From positions 1 to 32,802 of the forward strand of contig JAUCBJ010001901.1 in the NCBI GenBank assembly GCA_032718475.1: a DNA stretch of 32,802 bases, read 5' to 3'. Position 1 is the first letter of the stretch, and every line of letters starts with the position of its first letter. The stretch is from Nemertoderma westbladi (taxonomy: Eukaryota; Animalia; Xenacoelomorpha). Below the pieces are notes generated by a model, which was not told the DNA's origin, ran no database searches, and was given only the letters and a program-made list of their open reading frames with translations. Shown here piece after piece: positions 1-13,700 of the stretch. The translations under genes and the position numbers were made by a program.

Positions 1-695
1 TTTGTGATGCTTCACGGTGTGTTATCTGTCAACATGTTAGGTTAGGGGGTTCAGGGGACAATATCACAGTTACCGGAACAACCGAAGGTAGAAAGAAAAT
101 AATAGCAGCCGCACAAATCCGAAAAGATATCGTTTTGAAAAGGATAAATTATCTGGGATTAGACTCTGAGTTTGTACATCATTGCAACAATGAGTGTTAC
201 AAATTATACACATTAAAGAAAACACTTCTAAAAAAACAAAGAGAACCGGAAGTGATAGAGGAAACCAACGGAAAAGAAAATGAGTCTGTTCCAAGTCCAA
301 CTAAAAGGCTCAGGTCCGAAATCGCCTCACGTCACCAAGGGTCATTTCCTAAAGACGACCCCACCCAATTAACTTGCATTATATGCGGTAATCAAAAGCA
401 TGGCAGTACTAGGGAGAAATACAGGATATGCGAGACAAATAGAGCAACAACATTTCTTGCAGCTACTAATTTCTTTAAGGATGAAATATACGTCAAAACC
501 TGTGATCTTGACAATGTACAAGCTGTCTTTGCTGCGGATTTATTTTATCGCAAGCTTTGTCTTGAAGCATATATTCAAAAATATAAGAGGCGATGCCAGC
601 AATCTTATGGTGTCGAACAAGCAACGTCCTCTTAAGGCAAAGCTATAAATTACATCAAACCACTGCTTCAAGACATTTTTGACAGTGGTTATGGT

Positions 696-2291
696 TTGAC
701 ACTCAGTGAAATTCGAGATTTTGTGAGCGGAAAGTCTGAAGACTGTGTATTAACAAACAAAGAAGTTAAACTTTACATGATTAAACTATTCGGTGACAAA
801 ATCCAGTTTTCCAAACCAATTGAAATGAATCAGCCACTTCTTGTGTACTCGTCTTCGCTTTCAACTGACCAGGTAGCAGCTAAACTTCGTTCTGTTGACA
901 CTGTGAGGGATGCTGGACTACTAGTCAGAAAATCGATCTTAGAAGCAAATTTTAATCTTGATGACGAATTTGGAGATTCCAATCAACTGGAATATTCTTG
1001 GAAAAAAACGCCAATTCCAGAACCATTAGTTGATTTCTTGTCTCAGGTATTAAATTTTGACAAACTTGATATCCTTTCTTCTGTTAATGGAAACAATCAA
1101 CCGGATTTGTCAGCTGATGGTGAAGGAGATGTTAATGGTGACCCAGAAGTCAATGAGGGCGATATTCTAACTGATAAATCAGAATCCAATTTATCATGCA
1201 GGATTAGAGCGCTGTTCCAGATACTATATTATAATGTTCATAAAGGAAGAAAGAAAACACCGCTGCATTTAATGGTTGGTCATTCAATTCATGAAAAATG
1301 TAAAGGTAGACAACTTATAACTTCATTTAATAAAGCTGGTCTCTCAGTCAGCTATAACGAGGTTATGGAATCGCGTAGAAATCTTGCACAATACACTATT
1401 CATTCTTGTTCCATAAACGCAGCTCTTCCAAGTCACTTTACATCAAATAACTTTACAGTTGGAGCAATGGATAATTTCGATCATGAGGAATCCACCCTTT
1501 CTGGTCTACAGGGAACTCACGACACCGTTATGGTTTTATTCCAAGAAGCTCCAAGTGTAATTCCAAGCAAACCAAAACTCTCGACAATCGTTCAGAGTAA
1601 ATCAGCTAAGCGCTCTGGATCCTTACTTCCTTGTCAACATCTCAGATCCTATGATAAACCATCAAAATCAGTTATACAAATCCCACCGGATTTTCCAGTT
1701 TCTGAAGTGACAACGTGCTCAACAAATAGCGATGTAAGACAAGAGGAGACTGTGATAAGTATGCTACAAGCTGTAGGAGGTTTACACAACCAAAACACTG
1801 TGACATGGTCTGGGATTCACGCAATTATCTCAAACGAAGACGTCCCTCTACAACATGTAGGTTTTCTACCAATATTACCTTATCCTGTTACTAAGTATGA
1901 CAGTGTATATTCAGCTATGAAAAATTTTCAAAGCTTACTTGTCCATCTACAACAACAGGCACTTCCACTTGCATGTGATGAAGGAGTCTACCATATTGCT
2001 GCTGAAATTCAATTGGTGTCTAACGAATTTAGTGATATTGTGCTTCTAATGGGGTCATTTCATCTTACAAAAATACTCCTTGCATGTATTGGAAAGTATG
2101 TTGCAGGTAGCGGCCTAGAATCTGTTCTTATTGAAAACAGTGTGTTCGGACCTAACATTACTGAAAGTGTCTTAAAGGGTAGCAATTATGTAAGGTCAGT
2201 TAAGGGAATGTTTATGCTGGCGGAAGTTGTAGAGCGACTAAAATGGAAATCCTTTCTAAGCAACATACAAGATGATGAGTACAAATTCTAA
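696..2291 (+). pseudogene. Academ-like transposase fragment (N-terminal part of the catalytic domain)
   Basis: 531-aa ORF with MDNFDHEESTLSG..GTHDT, CDEGVYHIA and MGSFHL motifs. Bounded by an in-frame stop (633-635) upstream and a frameshift at ~2290. Confidence 0.7.
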
Positions 2292-3619
2292 GTACAAATT
2301 CAAAATCTATATTAGAAGAATTTGAAACGTTCTCACATAAAAATATAGAGCGTTCTGAACAATGCCAATATCTGGAAGGTTTTTTATATCTTGTAGGTCT
2401 TTTGAAGTGTCTTATTAGAGCAGATAGAGAGGGAAACTGGAAACTATATCTGGAAACAATGAAGCAAGTTATTCCTGTTTTTCATATATTTGACAGAATA
2501 AATTTCTTAAGGTGGGGATCATTATTTCTTCAGCAAATGCTGAATCTTGATAAATCACATCCTGAGGTTTATGATCAGTTCATGAAAGGCCATTTTGTTG
2601 TACGGAGAACTAAAGGGAAGTTTAATGCGGTTGGTGTCGATATGGCTCTGGAACAGACAATAAATAGATCTCAAAAGTCAAGTGGTGGAATTATTGGTCA
2701 ATCTAAGCGAAAAGACTATATTGCAGAATGGAACCTGGTCTATCATGAGGTTCTTTCAATTCGACAAGCAATGCAAGTACTACTTAATGTTAGACAAGTC
2801 GATTATGAACTGCAGATACATCATGAGTGGAAACCTCAGAAACGAGATGGATTTAAGTATAGCAAAAATGGTGCAGAATACGAATGCAAAGAAAATCCCT
2901 ATATTAATGGAGGTGAGGTTAAACTTCATAATTTATTAACAAACGAAATTGTACCACCATCAACTTCCGAAAAGCTAAACGAAATTGTACCACCATCAAC
3001 TTCCGAAAAGCTACTTAACTTTTTGACCCTGGCAGACAATGTCTATTCCTCCTTTCATTATGAAAGATTTATCAAGTGCTCCAAGCCTCTATCAGCTACC
3101 ATACATAGACAAAATCTTCCTACTTTTCAAAGTACAACAATCGGGGATCAATGCTCAAAACAACAACATAAAAATTCTATCAAAGAACTGTTGCAATCGC
3201 AAAGGTCAGTTGATATCGCTAAGGAAAGAGGAATGGAAATGGAAGAGATCCTTAGCTTCGATATCACACCATCGTCTTTGATTGATAGTCATGGTGCTAC
3301 AACTAAGCCAATGAAATCCAGTTTAATTTCTGAGTTAATGAGAATGATGGAAAGTGTAGACATGAATTTTGAAAAAGACACCGCACTAAAGACATGTCTT
3401 GTTGTTGATGTTATGAATCAACTTCGCAGAATACCACTAAAGGGAAAGGGAACATTTCGTGAAATTTTCGAAGCGTCCAACCGTATTGTGAAGAGTGTCT
3501 GCATATTTAATCGAGTTGATTACGTTTTTGACAGTTATCTACCATCATCGATCAAAAATGCAGAGAGAGAAAGACGATCTTCAGTTCAACAACTATCACT
3601 CACCTCCCATTACTCCTGA
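2291..3619 (+). pseudogene. Academ-like transposase fragment (C-terminal transposase part and start of the nuclease domain)
   Basis: The frame is open from 2291 (STNSKSILEEF...) through LIRADREGNWKLYL, DMALEQTINRSQKSSGGIIG, VVDVMNQL and DYVFDSY..SIKNAERERR. Confidence 0.7.
2941..3012 (+). repeat. 36-bp in-frame tandem duplication (NEIVPPSTSEKL x2) inside the transposase
   Basis: aaacgaaattgtaccaccatcaacttccgaaaagct occurs at 2941-2976 and 2977-3012. Confidence 0.95.
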
Positions 3620-4412
3620 TGTGATGATTCCAGTTCAGATAGATAGGTTTTGGGCATCAGGAGAAAATAAAGTGTTGTTACAAGATGCGCTTAAAGGATT
3701 CATATTGGGTGTGTTGGAAAACCAACCGTTGGACACTATCTTAAGTGGTGTAGTTTGCGAAGATGAATCTATACCTGGAGTAATTCTAAAAGCGAACAGT
3801 GGAGGAGCGATCGAAGGTCTGGAGAAGTTCAACATTGAAGAAGCAGACCTGCGTCTCATTCCGCATATTTTGAACGCGGTTAAAGATGGATCTGAAAGAA
3901 TCATCGTGCTCTCAAATGATACCAATGTGTTGGTGCTGCTCATCCATTTCTACAACACTTTTCACGAGAATGGTTTGTCAGAGTTATGGATGAGAAAAAC
4001 GTCAACAGAACTTATCCCAATTCATCGACTTGTGGAACAGATCGGTCCTATTAGTGAGGCTATACTTGCATGTCATTACCTCACTGGATCTGATGTTACT
4101 AGCAAAATAGGCACCAAAAGGGCAGCCCTAAAGGTGCACCCAGAACTCTATTTAAAGAACTTCGGGCGATGTTTCCCACCTAATAAAGAATCATTCAAAC
4201 ATGCAGAGCAATATTTGGTTAAGGTCATAAAGCCACGATCGACTAGTAAAACGTTTGACAGTCTGCGATCCGAAATCGTTAGACAAGAAGGTGCTCCAAA
4301 CTTATTAAACCTTCCTTGTTCAAGTCATTCATTGCAGGGTCATTTTGTTGCCCTTGTAACAAAATGTTCAAGTGGTTTGTGTTGTGTGCATTCTACCATT
4401 TCCGTTAATTAA
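3600..4412 (+). pseudogene. XPG/FEN1-like (PIN + H3TH) nuclease portion of the Academ protein, C-terminally deleted
   Basis: EEADLRLIPH, SNDTNVLVLL, HYLTGSDVTS and LPCSSHSLQGH are followed abruptly by a broken Cys cluster (CCPCNK / CSSGLCC, 4345-4385). Confidence 0.68.
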
Positions 4413-4555
4413 ATTACACTAACGATACACTTTAAATGGGTTTTCTGAAGAATGCAAATTTTAAATTTCAAAATGCAAAGGTTTTCAAAAAATGAACGAA
4501 TCAATACGTGTGAAATGTAGCATGAATGATAACTGGGTGAAGCTTAAACACCGCC

Positions 4556-5900
4556 TATGACCATCACTAGTATCCACCTGCTCCGCGTCATTAGAACCTT
4601 TGGTCGTTGTGTCCTGTGTCGTTATGACCATCACTAGTATCCACCTGCTCCGCGTTATTAGGACCTTTGGTCGTTGTGTCCTGTGTCGTTATGACCATCA
4701 CTAGTATCCACCTGCCCCGTGTCATTAGGACCTTTGGTCGTTGTGTCCTGTGTCGTTATGACCATCACTAGTATCCACCTGCTCCGCGTCATTAGGACCT
4801 TTGGTCGTTGTGTCCTGTGTCGTTATGACCATCACTAGTATCCACCTGCTCCGCGTCATTAGGACCTTTGGTCGTTGTGTCCTGTGTCGTCATGATCATC
4901 ACTAGTATCCACCTGCTCCGCGTCATTAGGACCTTTGGTCGTTGTGTCCTGTGTCGTTATGACCATCACTAGTATCCACCTGCTCCGCGTCATTAGGACC
5001 TTTGGTCGTTGTGTCCTGTGTCGTCATGACCATCACTAGTATCCACCTGCCCCGCGTCATTAGGACCTTTGGTCGTTGTGTCCTGTGTCGTCATGATCAT
5101 CACTAGTATCCACCTGCTCCGCGTCATTAGGACCTTTGGTCGTTGTGTCCTGTGTCGTTATGACCATCACTAGTATCCACCTGCTCCGCGTCATTAGGAC
5201 CTTTGGTCGTTGTGTCCTGTGTCGTTATGACCATCACTAGTATCCACCTGCTCCGCGTCATTAGGACCTTTGGTCGTTGTGTCCTGTGTCGTTATGACCA
5301 TCACTAGTATCCACCTGCCCAGCGTCATTAGGACCTTTGGTCGTTGTGTCCTGTGTCGTTATGACCATCACTAGTATCCACCTGCTCCGCGTCATTAGGA
5401 CCTTTGGTCGTTGTGTCCTGTGTCGTTATGACCATCACTAGTATCCACCTGCTCCGCGTCATTAGGACCTTTGGTCGTTGTGTCCTGTGTCGTTATGACC
5501 ATCACTAGTATCCACCTGCCCCGCGTCATTAGGACCTTTGGTCGTTGTGTCCTGTGTCGTTATGACCATCACTAGTATCCACCTGCCCCGCGTCATTAGG
5601 ACCTTTGGTCGTTGTGTCCTGTGTCGTTATGACCATCACTAGTATCCACCTGCCCCGCGTCATTAGGACCTTTGGTCGTTGTGTCCTGTGTCGTTATGAC
5701 CATCACTAGTATCCACCTGCTCCGCGTCATTAGGACCTTTGGTCGTTGTGTCCTGTGTCGTTATGACCATCACTAGTATCCACCTGCTCCGCGTCATTAG
5801 GACCTTTGGTCGTTGTGTCCTGTGTCGTTGTGACCATCACTAGTATCCACCTGCTCCGCGTCATTAGGACCTTTGGTCGTTGTGTCCTGTGTCATTATGA
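4556..5900. repeat. 67-bp minisatellite, 20 near-identical copies
   Basis: Unit tatgaccatcactagtatccacctgctccgcgtcattaggacctttggtcgttgtgtcctgtgtcgt; 1345 bp / 67 = 20; only scattered substitutions and no spacers. Confidence 0.97.
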
Positions 5901-7138
5901 AATATTTATAATAATTTCATAAAGCTTCAATAAATTTAATAATATTTCCCCATTTTTTTTTTAAAGAAAAAAATATAAAAAAAGTTTATATACTTTTTCA
6001 TTTTTTTATTTTGTTTTGTTATGTCCTTAAAATATCTGGAAACTTCAGAGTCAAGCAACAAATGTTATAACTCCGAAATAAACATTGGTACAGCTAAACC
6101 CATTATTTTTGTTTTGTAATTTGTTGTTAACTTAACTTTATGGGGGTTAGAAACAATAGTTAAACAACTTCATAGGTGTTAGTGTTAACTGGTATCGTGG
6201 AAACACACAAGTTGTAGGGTTAATGTATAAATTATTTATTATTACAATATAAATATAATATTATTAGTCCAAGCCCAGACACCAACATTTAAAATATGAA
6301 AAAATCATTTATAAATGTACCGAAAATTCAACTTTAAGTACCGCGTACTTTATAATACGCACGCTTAGAGGATGCGTCTACTATGATAGTACAGTTTACA
6401 GTACTGGTATGAAATGCAGCATGACAAACAAATACTGATAATTAAATTAATTAATTATACCCCCCCCCCCCCCCCCCCTAAGTTTGTTTGTATTCATTCT
6501 GTGTGATTTGTGACGTCAGAAGAAATTGGACCCCTGCGACCGCACTGAAAAAATTCTCGCCCAAAACAACAATGGAGAATTGTGAAAACATTAACTATTT
6601 ATATTTCGCAGCAAATCAATTATTCAATTTATTGAACACCTACGCTCTAAATCGCAACTGTTCGCATCGCAGTTTAGATAACAGTTAAAAAAATACACAC
6701 ATCAATCATTTCATACTCAGTCGGTCATAAAAGTTCACGAAATTCTAATATATATGGTAATCTAGTTCCACAGGAGATAACATAGACAATTAATTATTTG
6801 GAACAATAATAATTAATTAATTAACCGGTGTCATACATTTTAACACTTTTTTAACTTTCTAAAAGTTAAAATAAGGAAGAAATTTGAATAGCGCCACTGC
6901 TAAAAACATGAAATAATTTTTTAATAATTTTATTATCTAGATGTTCATATTATCTTGGCCCTGTAAAATAATCAGTCGATTTGTTCATTTTCTGGAATTT
7001 TTCTTGGGTGGGACATTAGCAATTAATAATACTATATAGAATAACTAACAATAATAATACATATTGCCATATTCTAGAACTTGTAGGTTCTAAAAATATG
7101 CCATTGAACAATTAATTTAATGGGAGAATTAAAAATAA

Positions 7139-7144
7139 TTTATT
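7139..7144 (-). promoter_or_regulatory. Candidate polyadenylation signal (AATAAA) for KDELR
   Basis: tttatt on the plus strand, ~530 nt downstream of the KDELR stop, after a T-rich (sense) 3'UTR-like stretch. Other candidates exist in this AT-rich region. Confidence 0.3.
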
Positions 7145-7670
7145 GTCTATAATAAATGACGCCTCTTGTACCAATATAGTAACAAATACCCGGGTATAAA
7201 AATAAAGCGAACAGCACACAACCCAATTAGACTGGAAAATAACGAAAAACTTATATACCAACATACAATACAACGAAACCCACGATTTATAACTCAGACG
7301 GAGTGTTTGTCACACCACATCGAAACGCCGTTCAAATCATAAAAATAAATTAAGTCCAACTTAAATTCCAATAACAATATATTCAAAAAGATACTCCAGT
7401 CACTTTAAAGAAATAAATTACCCACATAAAGACGGGAAATACACTAAGGTACAATAAATAGGCGTACATGTAACCACGCAACAGTAAACAAGCTGTCGCG
7501 TGGTTACATGGTAAACAAATCGTTGTTCCCTAACAACCAGCCACCAACAGTGTCAATAAGAGAGTACAATATGCAGCGGGGTGGTCTCGTTCTCTAGACC
7601 ACACCCACACGAGTTCGGTATGAAATTCGTAACCTAGGGAACGTGCTAAACAATCTCCAAACATAATGCG

Positions 7671-7705
7671 TCACGCTGGCAGAGTCAGTTGCTTTCCTTT
7701 CAGCA
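7671..7705 (-). CDS. KDELR: KDELR coding exon 5 (35 nt, stop codon)
   Basis: Acceptor tatgtttttag; encodes (V)[13 protein letters not shown], matching the typical KDELR tail VLKGKKLSLPA. Confidence 0.95.
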
Positions 7706-10700
7706 CTAAAAACATAAAGGCAATTAAATTCATTAGTTTTTAATGGACTTTTCGTAAAAGTATTATATTTTTATCGGCGATATAATACGAATTGAAAGAG
7801 CGTTAAAATATATATAAATTGCTCCAAGATGGAGCTGTCAATCAATAGTTAGTATAGTACCTAGAGCTGTCAATCAATAGTTAGTATAGTACCTAGAGCT
7901 GTCAGTCAATAGTACCTAGAGCTGTCAATCAATAGTACCTAGAGCTGTCAATCAATAGTAACTAGAGCTGTCAATCAATAGTAACTAGAGCTGTCAGTCA
8001 ATAGTAACTAGACATGTCAATCAATAGTAACTAGAGCTGTGAGTCAATAGTAACTAGAGCTGTCAGTCAATAGTAACTAGAGCTGTCAGTCAATAGTAAC
8101 TAGAGCTGTCAGTCAATAGTACCTAGAGCTGTCAGTCAATAGTTAGTATAGTACCTAGAGCTGTCAGTCAATTGTAACTAGAGCTGTCAGTCAATAGTAA
8201 CTAGAGCTCTCAGTCAATAGTAACTAGAGCTGTCAGTCAATAGTAACTAGAGCTCTCAGTCAATAGTAACTAGAGCTCTCAGTCAATAGTAACTAGAGCT
8301 GTCAGTCAATAGTAACTAGAGCTGTCAGTCAATTGTTAGTATAGTACCTAGAGCTGTCAGTCAATAGTAACTAGAGCTGTCAGTCAATAGTTAGTATAGT
8401 ACCTAGAGCTGTCAGTCAATAGTAACTAGAGCTGTCAGTCAATAGTACCTAGAGCTGTCAGTCAATAGTAACTAGAGCTGTCAGTCAATAGTAACTAGAG
8501 CTCTCAGTCAATAGTAACTAGAGCTGTCAGTCAATAGTAACTAGAGCTGACAGTCAATAGTTAGTATAGTACCTAGAGCTGTCAGTCAATAGTAACTAGA
8601 GCTGTCAGTCAATAGTAACTAGAGCTGTCAGTCAATTGTTAGTATAGTACCTAGAGCTGTCAGTCAATAGTAACTAGAGCTGTCAGTCAATAGTACCTAG
8701 AGCTGTCAGTCAATAGTAACTAGAGCTGTCAGTCAATAGTAACTAGAGCTCTCAGTCAATAGTAACTAGAGCTGTCAGTCAATAGTAACTAGAGCTGACA
8801 GTCAATAGTTAGTATAGTACCTAGAGCTGTCAGTCAATAGTAACTAGAGCTGTCAGTCAATAGTAACTAGAGCTGTCAGTCAATAGTAACTAGAGCTGAC
8901 AGTCAATAGTTAGTATAGTACCTAGAGCTGTCAGTCAATAGTAACTAGAGCTGTCAGTCAATAGTAACTAGAGCTGTCAGTCAATAGTAACTAGAGCTGA
9001 CAGTCAATAGTTAGTATAGTACCTAGAGCTGTCAGTCAATAGTAACTAGAGCTGTCAGTCAATAGTACCTAGAGCTGTCAGTCAATTGTAACTAGAGCTG
9101 TCAGTCAATAGTAACTAGAGCTCTCAGTCAATAGTAACTAGAGCTGTCAGTCAATAGTAACTAGAGCTGACAGTCAATAGTTAGTATAGTACCTAGAGCT
9201 GTCAGTCAATAGTAACTAGAGCTCTCAGTCAATAGTAACTAGAGCTGTCAGTCAATAGTAACTAGAGCTGACAGTCAATAGTTAGTATAGTACCTAGTTC
9301 TCTCAGTCAATAGTAACTAGAGCTGTCAATCAATAGTAACTAGAGCTGTCAGTCAATAGTAACTAGACCTGTCAATCAATAGTAACTAGAGCTGTCAGTC
9401 AATAGTAACTAGACATGTCAATGAATAGTAACTAGAGCTGTGAGTCAATAGTACCTAGAGCTGTCAGTCAATAGTTAGTATAGTACCTAGAGCTGTCAGT
9501 CAATAGTAACTAGAGCTCTCAGTCAATAGTAACTAGAGCTGTCAGTCAATAGTAACTAGAGCTGTCAGTCAATAGTAACTAGAGCTGACAGTCAATATTT
9601 AGTATAGTACCTAGAGCTGTCAGTCAATAGTAACTAGAGCTGTCAATCAATAGTAACTAGAGCTGTCAGTCAATAGTAACTAGAGCTGTCAGTCAATAGT
9701 AACTAGAGCTGTCAGTCAATAGTAACTAGAGCTGTCAGTCAATAGTAACTAGAGCTGTCAGTCAATAGTAACTAGTTCTCTCAGTCAATAGTACCTAGAG
9801 CTGTCAGTCAATAGTAACTAGAGCTGTCAGTCAATAGTAACTAGAGCTGTCAGTCAATAGTAACTAGAGCTGTCAGTCAATAGTAACTAGTTCTCTCAGT
9901 CAATAGTACCTAGAGCTGTCAGTCAATAGTAACTAGAGCTGTCAGTCAATAATAACTAGAGCTGTCAGTCAATAGTAACTAGAGCTGACAGTCAATAGTT
10001 AGTATAGTACCTAGAGCTGTCAGTCAATAGTAACTAGAGCTGTCAGTCAATAGTAACTAGAGCTGTCAGTCAATAGTTAGTATAGTACCTAGAGCTGTCA
10101 GTCAATTGTAACTAGAGCTGTCAGTCAATAGTAACTAGAGCTCTCAGTCAATAGTAACTAGAGCTGTCAGTCAATAGTAACTAGAGCTGTCAGTCAATAG
10201 TAACTAGAGCTGACAGTCAATAGTTAGTATAGTACCTAGAGCTGTCAGTCAATTGTAACTAGAGCTGTCAGTCAATAGTAACTAGAGCTCTCAGTCAATA
10301 GTAACTAGAGCTGTCAGTCAATAGTAACTAGAGCTGTCAGTCAATAGTAACTAGAGCTGTCAGTCAATAGTACCTAGAGCTGTCAGTCAATAGTAACTAG
10401 AGCTGTCAGTCAATAGTAACTAGAGCTGTCAGTCAATAGTAACTAGAGCTGTCAGTAAATAGTACCTAGAGCTGTCAGTCAATAGTAACTAGAGCTCTCA
10501 GTCAATAATAACTAGAGCTGTCAGTCAATAGTAACTTGATCTCTCAGTCAATAGTAACTAGAGCTCTCAGTCAATAATAACTAGAGCTGTCATTCAATAG
10601 TAACTAGAGCTGTCAGTCAATAGTAACTAGAGCTGTCAGTCAATAATAACTAGAGCTGTCAGTCAATAGTAACTTGATCTCTCAGTCAATAGTAACTAGA

Positions 10701-13700
10701 GCTGTCAGTCAATAGTAACTAGAGCTGTCAGTCAATAGTAACTAGAGCTGACAGTCAATAGTTAGTATAGTACCTAGAGCTGTCAGTCAATTGTAACTAG
10801 AGCTGTCAGTCAATAGTAACTAGAGCTCTCAGTCAATAGTAACTAGAGCTGTCAGTCAATAGTAACTAGAGCTGTCAGTCAATAGTAACTAGAGCTGTCA
10901 GTCAATAGTACCTAGAGCTGTCAGTCAATAGTAACTAGAGCTGTCAGTCAATAGTAACTAGAGCTGTCAGTCAATAGTAACTAGAGCTGTCAGTCAATAG
11001 TACCTAGAGCTGTCAGTCAATAGTAACTAGAGCTCTCAGTCAATAATAACTAGAGCTGTCAGTCAATAGTAACTTGATCTCTCAGTCAATAGTAACTAGA
11101 GCTCTCAGTCAATAATAACTAGAGCTGTCATTCAATAGTAACTAGAGCTCTCATTCAATAGTAACTAGATCTCTCAGTCAATAGTAACTAGAGCTCTCAG
11201 TCAATAATAACTAGAGCTGTCAGTCAATGGTAACTAGAGTTCTCAGTCAATAATAACTAGAGCTGTCAGTCAATAGTAACTAGATCTCTCAGTCAATAGT
11301 AACTAGATCTCTCAGTCAATAGTAACTAGAGCTCTCAGTCAATAGTAACTAGAGCTCTCAGTCAATAGTAACTAGAGCTGTCAGTCAATAGTAACTAGAG
11401 CTGTCAGTCAATAGTAACTAGAGCTGTCAGTCAATAGTAACTAGAGCTCTCAGTCAATAGTAACTAGAGCTGTCAGTCAATAGTAACTATAGCTCTCAGT
11501 CAATAGTAACTAGAGCTGTCAGTCAATAGTAACTAGAGCTGTCAGTCAATAGTAAGTAACTAAAGCTCTCAGTCAATAGTAACTAGAGCTGTCAGTCAAT
11601 AGTAACAAGAGCTGTCAGTCAATAGTAACTATTGACCTGTCAATCAGTAACTAGAGCTGTCAGTCAATAGTAACTAGAGCTGTCAGTCAATAGTTAGTAT
11701 AGTACCTAGAGCTGTCAGTCAATAGTAACTAGAGCTGTCAGTCAATAGTAACTAGAGCTGTCAGTCAATAGTTAGTATAGTACCTAGAGCTGCCAGTCAA
11801 TAGTAACTAGAGCTGTCAGTCAATAGTAACTAGAGCTGTCAGTCAATAGTAACTAGAGCTGTCAGTCAATAGTAACTAGAGCTGTCAGTCAATAGTAACT
11901 AGAGCTGTCAGTCAATAGTACCTAGAGCTGTCAGTCAATAGTAACTAGAGCTGTCAGTCAATAGTAACTAGAGCTGTCAGTCAATAGTTAGTATAGTACC
12001 TAGAGCTGTCAGTCAATTGTAACTAGAGCTGTCAGTCAATAGTAACTAGAGCTCTCAGTCAATAGTAACTAGAGCTGTCAGTCAATAGTAACTAGAGCTG
12101 TCAGTCAATAGTAACTAGAGCTGACAGTCAATAGTTAGTATAGTACCTAGAGCTGTCAGTCAATAGTAACTAGAGCTGTCAGTCAATAGTAACTAGAGCT
12201 GTCAGTCAATAGTTAGTATAGTACCTAGAGCTGCCAGTCAATAGTAACTAGAGCTGTCAGTCAATAGTAACTAGAGCTGTCAGTCAATAGTAACTAGAGC
12301 TGTCAGTCAATAGTAACTAGAGCTGTCGGTCAATAGTAACTAGAGCTGTCAGTCAATAGTACCTAGAGCTGTCAGTCAATAGTAACTAGAGCTGTCAGTC
12401 AATAGTACCTAGAGCTGTCAGTCAATAGTAACTAGAGCTGTCAGTCAATAGTAACTAGAGCTGTCAGTCAATAGTAACTAGAGCTGTCAGTCAATAGTAC
12501 CTAGAGCTGTCAGTCAATAGTAACTAGAGCTGTCAGTCAATAGTACCTAGAGCTGTCAGTCAATAGTAACTAGAGCTCTCAGTCAATAATAACTAGAGCT
12601 GTCAGTCAATAGTAACTTGATCTCTCAGTCAATAGTAACTAGAGCTCTCAGTCAATAATAACTAGAGCTGTCATTCAATAGTAACTAGATCTCTCAGTCA
12701 ATAGTAACTAGAGCTCTCAGTCAATAATAACTAGAGCTGTCAGTCAATGGTAACTAGAGTTCTCAGTCAATAATAACTAGAGCTGTCAGTCAATAGTAAC
12801 TAGATCTCTCAGTCAATAGTAACTAGATCTCTCAGTCAATAGTAACTAGATCTCTCAGTCAATAGTAACTAGAGCTCTCAGTCAATAGTAACTAGAGCTG
12901 TCAGTCAATAGTAACTAGAGCTCTCAGTCAATAGTAACTAGAGCTCTCAGTCAATAGTAACTAGAGCTGTCAGTCAATAGTAACTAGAGCTGTCAGTCAA
13001 TAGTAACTAGAGCTGTCAGTCAATAGTAACTAGAGCTCTCAGTCAATAGTAACTAGAGCTGTCAGTCAATAGTAACTAGAGCTGTCAGTCAATAGTAACA
13101 AGAGCTGTCAGTCAATAGTAACTATTGACCTGTCAATCAGTAACTAGAGCTGTCAGTCAATAGTAACTAGAGCTGTCAGTCAATAGTAACTAGAGCTGTC
13201 AGTCAATAGTAACTAGATCTCTCAGTCAATAGTAACTAGAGCTGTCAGTCAATAGTAACTAGAGCTGTCAGTCAATAGTAACTAGAGCTGTCAGTCAATA
13301 GTAACTAGAGCTGTCAGTCAATAGTAACTAGAGCTGTCAGTCAATAGTAACTAGAGCTGTCAGTCAATAGTAACTAGAGCTGTCAGTCAATAGTAACTAG
13401 ATCTCTCAGTCAATAGTAACTAGAGCTCTCAGTCAATAGTAACTAGAGCTGTCAGTCAATAGTAAGTAACTAGAGCTCTCAGTCAATAGTAACTAGAGCT
13501 GTCAGTCAATAGTAACTAGAGCTCTCAGTCAATAGTAACTAGATCTCTCAGTCAATAGTAACTAGAGCTGTCAGTCAATAGTAACTAGAGCTGTCAGTCA
13601 ATAGTAACTAGAGCTGTCAGTCAATAGTAACTAGAGCTGTCAGTCAATAGTAACTAGAGCTGTCAGTCAATAGTAACTAGAGCTGTCAGTCAATAGTAAG

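Larger units (their letters stand above)
1..4412 (+). mobile_element. Decayed Academ (AcademX-type) DNA transposon coding region: DDE-type transposase fused to an XPG/FEN1-like nuclease, with a Cys-cluster remnant; runs off the left edge
   Basis: The frame is open from position 3 (CVICQH...) into ORF 135-635. After an in-frame TAA at 633-635 it continues in the same frame through 696-2291, then frameshifts to 2402-3619 and to ~3600-4412. Motifs GAMDNFDH..GTHDT, CDEGVY, MGSFH, LIRADREGNW and DMALEQTINR..KSSGGIIG are followed by PIN/FEN-like VVDVM, YVFDSY, EEADLR, SNDTNV and H3TH-like LTGSDVTS. Superfamily assigned from recalled Academ architecture; no search run. Confidence 0.72.

Noticed and set aside
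70-3943. Short alternative-frame and antisense ORFs over the transposase (70-300, 400-648, 2682-2939, 3039-3281, 3635-3943)
   Set aside because: These are shadow ORFs with no motifs; the main frame explains the region.
4480-5896. Minus-strand reading MTQDTTTKGPNDAEQVDTSDGH in the 67-bp unit, suggesting an amplified gene start
   Set aside because: No recognisable homology or splice support, and the collapsed frame ends after about 45 codons.
4556-5900. CRISPR-like appearance of the 67-bp array (also the 41-bp and 22-bp arrays)
   Set aside because: The units are head-to-tail with no unique spacers, there are no cas genes, and the context is eukaryotic.
6935-7018. Possible right terminus of the Academ element
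   Set aside because: The left terminus is outside the window, so no TIR or TSD can be matched.
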